Source: Acidimicrobiaceae bacterium
GTDB taxonomy: Bacteria > Actinomycetota > Acidimicrobiia > Acidimicrobiales > RAAP-2
Assembly (NCBI GenBank): GCA_003160635.1
Contig: PMLV01000229.1
Span: 3,214-67,213 of the forward strand
DNA: 64,000 nt
Reading direction: 5' to 3'
Program-made: the position numbers and the translations under genes
Part shown: piece after piece, positions 27,162 through 34,999 of the stretch
How the letters are laid out: each line of letters begins with the position of its first letter
Numbering within the stretch: the first letter of the stretch is position 1
The notes under the pieces: generated by a model
What the model saw: the letters and a program-made list of their open reading frames with translations, nothing else
Databases searched by the model: none
Told to the model about the DNA's origin: nothing

Positions 27162-28343
27162 TCAGGAGACGGCCGCCGGCCAACTCTCGGGGGGAGCTTC
27201 GATGCCGTAGAGCTTCGCCGCGTTCCCCCAGAGGATCTTGCGGCGCACGTCCTCGGCCACGTGGCCGAGGTTGGCCGCAATCGTCTGGTCGATGTCCCCG
27301 AAGAGGCACGTCGTATGGGGGAAGTCCGTCTCGAAGAGCACGTTGTCCACCGGGATGAGGTCGAGGAAGTGCCGCGGGGCCTGCTTCTCGAACCAGTACG
27401 TCACGTACACGTGCTCGGCGAACAGCTCGGAAGGCAGTACGTCCTCGGCGGTGCGCTCCCGCCCCGGGCGGAACGCGCCGAGCCAGCTGTAGTCCGACGC
27501 CTCGAGCACGAAGGGCAGCCAGCCCATGCCGCTCTCGACCGACACGAACTTGAGGCCGGGCCAGCGCGGCAACATGCCGCACGTGATCAGGTCGGCACAC
27601 TGGACGCCGTTCTTCATGAACAGGTCGACCGCCCCGTAGGCCTGCGCCCCCGCGATGCCGTGCGTCTCGTAGCGCTCGGGCGTCATGACGCTCGGCAGGT
27701 CCCCGGCGTTGCCGATGTGGAAGTGCACCGGCAGGCCCGTCTCGATGGCGACGGCCCACAAGGGGTCCCAGTGACGGCTTCCGAGGACGGGCAGGCCGTA
27801 GCGCTGCGGCTCGCCGGTGAACAAGATGCCCCGTGCGCCCGCCGCGGCGCACCGGGTGACTTCACGCACGGTGGCTTCCACGTCCCAGAACGGGGTGGCG
27901 AGCACGGGGAGCAACCGTCGAAGATCGGCCCCGCACCATTCGATCAGAAAGTCGTTGTAGGCCCGCACGCTCAGGACCTTGAGCTCGTCGTCGTCGATGG
28001 AGAGGAAGTTCTCACTCCCGAAACCCCCGACGTTGGGGTACAGCACCTGGGCCCAGATGCCCACCTCGTCCATGTACGCCAACCGGGCCGTCGCGTCGAA
28101 GGCGGCCGGATGGCAGTCGGCGTAGGTCGGGGGGTAGTTCGGCGGGAAGGTGGGCCACCCCGCCGGAGCGGACGTCCCAACGGTGCCGATCCTCTTGTTC
28201 TGCAGAAACCAGATGTCGGCGCCGTCGACCCGCTCGACATGGGGGACGTCGTCGACGTACCTCTTCGGGACCCGGGACGTCCACACATCGGCCGGCTCGG
28301 TCACATGGCTGTCGGAGTCGATGATCAGATTTGCTACGGGCAT
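27162..28343 (-). CDS. amidohydrolase 2 family protein (PF04909)
   Basis: ATG 28343 (MPVANLIIDSDSHVTEP) is preceded by GGGGAG; the track start 28460 is unlikely. Motifs HFHIG and a late FETDFPH. Confidence 0.8.
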   Translation of the reverse strand: MPVANLIIDSDSHVTEPADVWTSRVPKRYVDDVPHVERVDGADIWFLQNKRIGTVGTSAPAGWPTFPPNYPPTYADCHPAAFDATARLAYMDEVGIWAQVLYPNVGGFGSENFLSIDDDELKVLSVRAYNDFLIEWCGADLRRLLPVLATPFWDVEATVREVTRCAAAGARGILFTGEPQRYGLPVLGSRHWDPLWAVAIETGLPVHFHIGNAGDLPSVMTPERYETHGIAGAQAYGAVDLFMKNGVQCADLITCGMLPRWPGLKFVSVESGMGWLPFVLEASDYSWLGAFRPGRERTAEDVLPSELFAEHVYVTYWFEKQAPRHFLDLIPVDNVLFETDFPHTTCLFGDIDQTIAANLGHVAEDVRRKILWGNAAKLYGIEAPPESWPAAVS

Positions 28344-28437
28344 GTTTGTCTCCCCAACGCGTACTCGCTCCTCGCTAACGTAGCCCCACCGGCCCGAAAC
28401 GGTCGAAGCCCCTGGTTGCGGCCGCCCGGGTCGCCAT

Positions 28438-29274
28438 CTACTTGGCCCCGGCGCCGGCATCGATCGGAAGGGCCACTCCGGTGACGTAGCGGGCCTCGTC
28501 CGAGGCCAGCCAGACCACGGCGTTCGAGATGTCGACCGCGTCCACCCACGGGATGGGGAGCAGGTTGCCCGCCTGCGAGGGGACGGCGAAGTCCGCCAGC
28601 GTCGGGGCCTCGAGGTCGGGGCGGAACAGCCGGAAGGCCGACTCGTTGTCGATCATCGGCGTGAACACCATGGTGGGATTGATCGTGTTGACCCGGATCA
28701 TGTGCGGCGCCAGCTCGTGGGCCAGGCACTGCATCAGACCCAGCACCCCGTGTTTCGCTGCGGCGTAGTGCGACATGTGCCACGCGCCCTTGGTGCCGAG
28801 CAGGGAGCTCGTGAAGATGATCGACCCGCCCCGGCCGGCGTCGATCATGGCCGGCACCACGGCCCGGACCAGCTCGAAATAGCCGGTGAGATTGACGTCG
28901 AGGGTGTCGTGCCACTGGGCGTCGGAGAGCTCCCAGGTCAGCGCGGCCTTCGAGAAGATCCCCTGGTTCCCGACCACGATGTCGATGCCGCCGAACTCGG
29001 CCACCGCGGCGGCGCTGATCCGCTGTAACGCGGCGCCATCGCGCACGTCTGCCCGGTGCGCCACGATCCGGCGGTCCAGCTCCTCCACCAGCCGCACCGT
29101 CTCTTCGAGATCCTCGGGCGTGGCCATGGGGTAGGCCACGGAGTCGATCTGTGCGCAGATGTCCACCGCGACGATGTCCGCACCCTCTTCGGCCAGCCGC
29201 ACGGCGTGGGAGCGGCCCTGGCCCCGGGCCGCACCGGTGATGATCGCGACCTTGCCCTGGAGTCGTCCTGCCAT
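28438..29274 (-). CDS. mycofactocin-coupled-type SDR (LimC-like subfamily), paralog of 15759..16616
   Basis: MAGRLQGKVAIITGAARGQGRSHAVRLAEEGADIVAVDIC..YPMATPEDLEET; YAAAKHG active site. Start taken at M7 of the track ORF by family comparison. Confidence 0.75.
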   Translation of the reverse strand: MAGRLQGKVAIITGAARGQGRSHAVRLAEEGADIVAVDICAQIDSVAYPMATPEDLEETVRLVEELDRRIVAHRADVRDGAALQRISAAAVAEFGGIDIVVGNQGIFSKAALTWELSDAQWHDTLDVNLTGYFELVRAVVPAMIDAGRGGSIIFTSSLLGTKGAWHMSHYAAAKHGVLGLMQCLAHELAPHMIRVNTINPTMVFTPMIDNESAFRLFRPDLEAPTLADFAVPSQAGNLLPIPWVDAVDISNAVVWLASDEARYVTGVALPIDAGAGAK

Positions 29275-29328
29275 CCTCAGAGGGTCTACCACAAGCTAAA
29301 TCGCGCGTTCGCGTGACTGCTGCGTTAG

Positions 29329-29427
29329 GAGCCGACCCGGGCGGCGCAACTGGTCGGCACGGCCAAGCTCTACGTGGGGCGCAAGGCCACCGACATCGTC
29401 CAGGACTGCATCCAGATGCACGCCGGT
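29329..29427 (+). pseudogene. relic of the C-terminal helix region of an acyl-CoA dehydrogenase
   Basis: Own translation gives EPTRAAQLVGTAKLYVGRKATDIVQDCIQMHAG. This mirrors the ACAD ..AK(L/M)..(x)..D.V....(M/I)H(A/G)G segment (compare IAAIKMLTPKVVHDAVWRSMHAHG in 12605..13906). There is an in-frame TAG just upstream, no start codon, and no remaining N-terminal ~350 aa. Confidence 0.4.
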
Positions 29428-29458
29428 CGACCACGCCCTGCATCTCGCCTCGCTCGTC

Positions 29459-29509
29459 GGACTCTGAGCCAGGGCGGACCCTGAGCCGGGGCGGACTCTG
29501 AGCCGGGGC
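29459..29509. repeat. 17-bp GC-rich tandem repeat x3
   Basis: ggactctgagccagggc / ggaccctgagccggggc / ggactctgagccggggc, lying 3 nt beyond the GntR stop codon. Confidence 0.9.
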
Positions 29510-29512
29510 GTC

Positions 29513-30352
29513 CTACCAGGGAGCCTTGGACAGGCCTTCCACGGTGATGAGCTGATGTGCCCCTTGCGACAGGACGTAGCGCTGCGACTCGTGCAGATGC
29601 TGGGCCACCAGGTGACGGGCCCTCGGGGCGTCGCCCTCCTCGATCGCCTCGGTGATCTTCACGTGCGTGCGCAAGACGCTCTTGCGCGCCGGCAGATTCG
29701 GGTATTCGCCATGCGCGTTCTTCGTCTCGGCCCAACTCGACTCGTGATTCGACCACAACGTCTCGAGCGACCCGGCGACCAGCGCCAGCGTGGCGTTGCC
29801 ACAGCCCTGGACGACGGCGTCGTGAAACCGCCGGGCGAGCCGGGTGAACGCCGGTCCGTCGGCCAGCCCCTCCTCGAGCTCCTCGTTGAGCTTCGTCAGC
29901 GTGGCCACCAGGCTCTTGTCGCGCAGGCTGAGCTCGGCCGCCTTGGCCGCACACGCCGGCTCGCAATCCGACAGCGCCGCGGCCAGATCCTCCAGCGGTG
30001 TGTCCTGCGCCTGGAGGACCATGCCCAGCATGTAGGCCGCCACCTTGGCCTTCGGGGTGTGGATCACGGCACCACCGACGTTGCCCCGGCGCACCGAGAG
30101 CAACCCCTCGGTCTCGAGGATGCGCATCGCCTCACGAATGGACGGCTTGCTCACCGGGAACTCGAGCAGAAGGTCGTCCACCTTGGGGAGAACGTCGCCG
30201 TCGTTGAGCTCGCCCGCCAGAATGCGGCGCCGCAGCGAGTCGGCGATCATTTCGGCGATGCGGGGCTGACTGAGCTGTCGCCGGCCCACACCGTCGCCGT
30301 TTTGGTCTGATCGATAGCTCAGGCCAGCGGTCACGCATGCAATCTTACACAT
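29513..30352 (-). CDS. GntR/FadR family transcriptional regulator (wHTH + FCD domain)
   Basis: LPKVDDLLLEFPVSKPSIREAMRILETEGLLSVRRG wHTH followed by a helical FCD-type C-terminal domain. The exact start is uncertain; in-frame GTG alternatives exist at 30334 and 30289. Confidence 0.8.
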   Translation of the reverse strand: MCKIACVTAGLSYRSDQNGDGVGRRQLSQPRIAEMIADSLRRRILAGELNDGDVLPKVDDLLLEFPVSKPSIREAMRILETEGLLSVRRGNVGGAVIHTPKAKVAAYMLGMVLQAQDTPLEDLAAALSDCEPACAAKAAELSLRDKSLVATLTKLNEELEEGLADGPAFTRLARRFHDAVVQGCGNATLALVAGSLETLWSNHESSWAETKNAHGEYPNLPARKSVLRTHVKITEAIEEGDAPRARHLVAQHLHESQRYVLSQGAHQLITVEGLSKAPW

Positions 30353-30724
30353 CTTCTAGAGCAATCCCCATGATGCACGCCATCGTCTCGGCGCAGTTTC
30401 CCACCTCGGACCTGCCCTTATGACCCGGCACGGCCGGCGCTCCCCCGCCCGGCGGCCGGGACAGCGGCCGGGACAGCGGCCGACGCGGCAACCCCGGGGG
30501 ACCCCCCGGCGTGCCTTGCCGGCCCGGCTCCGTGTGTTCATACTTTGTTATGTTGGAGAGGTTCAAGAGCCCACAGGGAGGGGGAGCGATGGCCGATGAG
30601 CCGGTGGTCCGCTGTCGCGTCGTCCCGGCCCTGAGCGTCCGGCTCCGCCCCTCTTTCGCCGAGAGGCGGTTCGCCCCAGGGTGCCCGGTTGGCGGGCGCG
30701 CAACGACGATGGGAGTGAGGGCAC

Positions 30725-32806
30725 ATGCCTGACACCGTTCGCACCTGTATCGGCATCGACGTCGGTGGCACCTTCACCGACTGCGTGCTGACCGATGGGA
30801 CGAGCACCTGGCGTGCCAAGGCCCCCACCACGTCCGGGGTGATCGGCCAAGGGGTGCTGGCTGCGGCCGAGCTGGCGGCCCATCGGAGCGGCACGACCCT
30901 CGACGAGCTCCTGCCGACCGTGAGCCGATTCGGCCTGGGCACCACGGCCGTGACCAACACGTTGGCCTCGCGCACCGGTCGGCTGGTCGGCCTGCTGGCC
31001 ACGAGCGGGTTCGAAGAGATGATCCCGATCGCCCAGGGGACGAGGGTCGTCGACGAGGACGGATGGCTCTCGACACCGAACATCTTGGACCACCGGACCA
31101 TCGCGGCCATCGAGGAGCGCATCGACCGCAACGGCGACATCGTCGTCCCCATCAACCTCGACCAGGTGAAGGCGGAGGTGCGGCGGCTCGTCGAGGACGA
31201 GGGCGTCGAGGCGATCGCCGTGTCGTTTGTCTGGTCCTTTGCCAATCGGACCCACGAAGACCAGGCGGTTGCGGCCGTGGCCGAGCTCTACCCGGACCTC
31301 CCGGTGGTCTCGGGCGCGGTGCTGCATCCGGCGATCCGTGAGTATGAGCGCACGACGTTCGCCGTCCTCAACGCCTATGTCTCGGGCGCGTTCTCCGGGA
31401 TCGAAGAGCTCGAAGTCGAGCTCAAGCAGAGAGGGCTGCAGAGCCCGCTCCTCCTCGTGCACTCGGGAGGAGGATCGATCACGGTGGGTGAAGCCCGCCG
31501 GCGACCCCTCGGCCTGGCCATGTCGGGCCCGGCCGCCGGCGTGGCCGCCGCCGTGGCCATGAGCAATGTCACCAACGCCCCGCACATCATCACGGCGGAC
31601 ATGGGCGGCACGTCCTTCGATGTCTCGGTCATCGACGACGGCGAGCCGGCTCGACGCACGCGGGGCGAGATGATGGGTGTCTGGACCGCACTCTCGCTGG
31701 TGGACGTCGAATCGATCGGCGCCGGCGGTGGCTCCCTGGGCTGGGTCGACGCACGGGGAATGCTCCGGGTCGGACCTCGCTCAGCCGGTGCCGTCCCCGG
31801 TCCGGCATGCTACCAACGGGGCGGTGACCAGGCCACCGTGACCGACGCACTGGTCGTGCTCGGCTACATCGACCCGACGCGCTTTCTCGGAGGGGACTTC
31901 CCACTCGATCCGGACGCCGCACATGCGGCATGCGCCCGGCTCGGGAGCCAGCTGGACCTGGGGCCGGAGGAGACGGCCTGGGGCATCCGCGAGTTGGCGT
32001 TGACCGGAATGATCAAGGCCGTGCGGGGTAGGTTGGCCTCGCTCGGACTCGACCCCCGCCAGTACGCCATCTTGAGTTACGGCGGCGGCGGCTCGCTCTT
32101 CACGCCCGAGATCGCCCGTGCCATCGGTGCGCCGCGCGTGCTGATCCCCGAGCTCGCCTCGGTCCTCTCCGCCTTCGGCGCGGCAACCACCGATGTCCGC
32201 CGGGAACGCCTGCGTTCGGTCACTTCCCCGATGCCCGTCGATCCGGCACTCATGCAGCGCCTCATGGCCGAGCTCGACGCGGAGGTGCGCGCCGACATGA
32301 CGGCCGACGGTGTGGCCGAAGGGGACCAGACCGTCGAGTTCGAGGCCGACCTGCGCTTCAGCAAGCAGATCTACGAATTGCAGATGCCCATCACCCCGGG
32401 ACCCTTCACCGAAGCCTCCTCGGACGCACTGTTGGCGTCGTTCATGGACGAGTACGCCAAGCGCTACGGCAAGGGGTCGATCGTCCTTCGCACGCCGGTC
32501 GAATTGGTCGGCCTGCGCGCCGTCGGCATCGGCCGCACGATCCGCGCCAGCGTCTCGACCGCGGCACGCCCGGCGGTCGAGACCGGGACCCTCGCCAGCC
32601 CGGTCGGCACACGGAAGGTTCGCCTGGCGCGAGGAGCGGACGGCATCGTCGAGGTCGACGTCTACGACGGCGCCAGCCTCTCGCCCGGCCACGAGCTCAA
32701 GGGGGCGGCTCTCGTCGACTCCACGGACACCACCGTCTGGGTCCCCGAGGGCAGCAGCGCACGAATCGACGAGCACGGCACGTTCATAATGGACGTCGCA
32801 CGATGA
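30725..32806 (+). CDS. hyuA: hydantoinase/oxoprolinase family protein, A (HyuA-type) subunit
   Basis: CIGIDVGGTFTDCVL N-terminal ASKHA motif. 693 aa. GGGAGTGAGGG RBS. Confidence 0.85.
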   Translation: MPDTVRTCIGIDVGGTFTDCVLTDGTSTWRAKAPTTSGVIGQGVLAAAELAAHRSGTTLDELLPTVSRFGLGTTAVTNTLASRTGRLVGLLATSGFEEMIPIAQGTRVVDEDGWLSTPNILDHRTIAAIEERIDRNGDIVVPINLDQVKAEVRRLVEDEGVEAIAVSFVWSFANRTHEDQAVAAVAELYPDLPVVSGAVLHPAIREYERTTFAVLNAYVSGAFSGIEELEVELKQRGLQSPLLLVHSGGGSITVGEARRRPLGLAMSGPAAGVAAAVAMSNVTNAPHIITADMGGTSFDVSVIDDGEPARRTRGEMMGVWTALSLVDVESIGAGGGSLGWVDARGMLRVGPRSAGAVPGPACYQRGGDQATVTDALVVLGYIDPTRFLGGDFPLDPDAAHAACARLGSQLDLGPEETAWGIRELALTGMIKAVRGRLASLGLDPRQYAILSYGGGGSLFTPEIARAIGAPRVLIPELASVLSAFGAATTDVRRERLRSVTSPMPVDPALMQRLMAELDAEVRADMTADGVAEGDQTVEFEADLRFSKQIYELQMPITPGPFTEASSDALLASFMDEYAKRYGKGSIVLRTPVELVGLRAVGIGRTIRASVSTAARPAVETGTLASPVGTRKVRLARGADGIVEVDVYDGASLSPGHELKGAALVDSTDTTVWVPEGSSARIDEHGTFIMDVAR

Positions 32807-32831
32807 GGAACCTGACCATGGAGGTCGCACA

Positions 32832-34982
32832 ATGACCACGACCGCAGACGCACCGACCACGGCCGCCCACGGCAGCGGGCGCCCGGCCCCGGACCCGATC
32901 GACTTGGAAGTCGTCCGCAGCCGGCTCGAGGCCATAGGGGAACAGGCCGCGCTGGCCGTGGACCACACCGCCATCTCGCCGACCATCACCGAGTCCAAGG
33001 ACTTTTCGGTGACCATCATGGATCCCCAAGGGGACTTGATCGTCGGAGCGGGCATGGTCCTGTTCCATTTCGGAGCGGCCTCTTACTCGGTGAAGGCGAC
33101 CATCGCGCGCTTCGGCGACACGGTCGCCCCGGGCGATGTCTTCTTCGCCAACGACCCGCATCACGGCGGGGGGCTGCACCCGCAGGACGTGATGATCCAG
33201 CAGCCGATCTTTCACGAGGGCGACCTGATCGGATGGGTCGGGCTGTCGGCCCACATGATGGACATGGGGGGCATGGTGGTCGGCTCCTTCGCACCCCAGG
33301 CCACCGAGTGTTACCAGGAGGGGATCCGTTGCCCCGCGGTTCGCCTGTTTCGCAAGGGTGAGGAGATGACCGACGTCTGGGACATCTTGATCAACAACAT
33401 CCGCATGTCCGACATCGTCGAGATGGACCTCCGTGGACTCGTCGCCGGCTGCCACTCGGCGCAGGAGCAGGTGGTGGGGCTGGTCGACAGCATCGGTCGC
33501 GAACGCTTCGTCGAAAGCCTGCGCGCCATCCGTGAGCTGACCGAGGCCGAGATGCGCCGGCGGATACTCGCCCTGGAGGACGGGGTCTACAAGTCCACCT
33601 CGTGGACCGAGTACGGCGACGAATTCTACGAGATCCCCTGCACGTTGACGGTCGACGGCGACCGCATGATCTTGGACTTCGAAGGCGCGTCACCCCAGAC
33701 GGACCACTACTTCAACTCGAAGCCCTACATCATCGCCGCCGAGTTCCTGGTGATGTTGGCCCATCGCATCGCCCGCGACCTGCCGTTCAACGAGGGGATC
33801 TTCGCCCCGGTGGAACTGCGGTGCCCAGAGGGGACGATCGTCAACGCCAACCCACCGGCACCCATCGCGGCGGCGCACATGCACGTAGGGCTGAACGCAG
33901 CCGACGTCGCCATGCAGGCATTCAACCTGGCCCTGGGCGCCTCGCCGGATTCACCGGCACGGCGCTACCTGGCGGGCGCCGGCTTCGAATCGGCGCTCGG
34001 CAACAACCTGTGGTCCTGGCAGCTGCCGGACGGCTCGACCGACGCCTTCCTCGCCTTCGATGGCAATTGGGTCGGGGGCTCCGCCGGCCGCGAGCGGGAC
34101 GGGATGGACCTCGGGCGCAACCCCGTGGGCATCGACGCCGAAGGGTCCATCGCCGACATCGAGATCCTCGAGTCGTGGTACCCGCTTCTCTTCACCGAAC
34201 GTCGGGCCCGTCCGGGCGCAGGAGGCGCCGGGGTGCATCGCGCCGGTGGCGGCACGCAGCTCAGCCTGCGCCCGCACGGTGTCGATCAGATCAACGGCAC
34301 CATGTTCGGCATGCGGCGTTGGCTGCCCCTCCAGGGCATGGCCGGGGGATCACCGGGCGCATGCAACGAGTTCCTGGTGCACCGCAGCGACGGCACCGTC
34401 GATGAGCTCGATCCCAACAGCGCCGGCACGCCGTTGTTCGCCGGAGACTCGTTCCAGATGCGGCTGTCGTCCGGCGGTGGCTTCGGCGACGCGCTCGATC
34501 GCGACCCGGCGCAGGTGGCGGAGGACGTGGCGGCAGGTCGCTTCCCGGCCGACGACGCCGAGCGCATCTACGGGACGGTCCTCGAAGCCGACGGATCGGT
34601 GGATGCGGCAGCCACCGCGACTCGTCGTCACGACATGCGCCAGGAGCGCCTGACCCGGGCCAAGCCGGCCCAGCGCCCTCAGGGCGAGCGTCAGGCCCCG
34701 GCCGGCGAGGCCGAGGTTTTTCCGCTCTATCCAGGCGTGGTCCAGCAGGGAAACCTCGCCTACGCCGAGGACAGCGGCCAGGTGCTCGCCGAGGCGCCGC
34801 ACCACTGGACGGACGGTTGCCCCGTCCTCGAGGAGCGCCGGTGGCCCGAAGGCGGGCCCGACGTGGTCTTCCGCACCTACCTCGACCCGCTGACCGGCCG
34901 GGCCCTCCACGTCGAGGTGGCGCTGGCGGACGGTCCGAGATCCTTCGCCGTCAATCCCCGCCGCTGGACCGACGTGGCGTGA
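32832..34982 (+). CDS. hyuB: hydantoinase B/oxoprolinase family protein (HyuB-type) with ~110-aa C-terminal extension
   Basis: DPIDLEVVRSRLEAIGEQ.., FFANDPHHGGGLHPQDV and SSGGGFGDALDRDP. 716 aa, versus the roughly 520-590 aa I expect for plain HyuB. Confidence 0.85.
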   Translation: MTTTADAPTTAAHGSGRPAPDPIDLEVVRSRLEAIGEQAALAVDHTAISPTITESKDFSVTIMDPQGDLIVGAGMVLFHFGAASYSVKATIARFGDTVAPGDVFFANDPHHGGGLHPQDVMIQQPIFHEGDLIGWVGLSAHMMDMGGMVVGSFAPQATECYQEGIRCPAVRLFRKGEEMTDVWDILINNIRMSDIVEMDLRGLVAGCHSAQEQVVGLVDSIGRERFVESLRAIRELTEAEMRRRILALEDGVYKSTSWTEYGDEFYEIPCTLTVDGDRMILDFEGASPQTDHYFNSKPYIIAAEFLVMLAHRIARDLPFNEGIFAPVELRCPEGTIVNANPPAPIAAAHMHVGLNAADVAMQAFNLALGASPDSPARRYLAGAGFESALGNNLWSWQLPDGSTDAFLAFDGNWVGGSAGRERDGMDLGRNPVGIDAEGSIADIEILESWYPLLFTERRARPGAGGAGVHRAGGGTQLSLRPHGVDQINGTMFGMRRWLPLQGMAGGSPGACNEFLVHRSDGTVDELDPNSAGTPLFAGDSFQMRLSSGGGFGDALDRDPAQVAEDVAAGRFPADDAERIYGTVLEADGSVDAAATATRRHDMRQERLTRAKPAQRPQGERQAPAGEAEVFPLYPGVVQQGNLAYAEDSGQVLAEAPHHWTDGCPVLEERRWPEGGPDVVFRTYLDPLTGRALHVEVALADGPRSFAVNPRRWTDVA

Positions 34983-34999
34983 TGCGACAGCGCGCCACC

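Noticed and set aside
30454-30477. 12-bp direct repeat x2 (ggccgggacagc ggccgggacagc) in the GntR-hyuA intergenic region.
   Set aside because: Only two copies of a GC-rich 12-mer, with no symmetry and no second occurrence. This is possibly slippage noise. It is noted but not interpreted.
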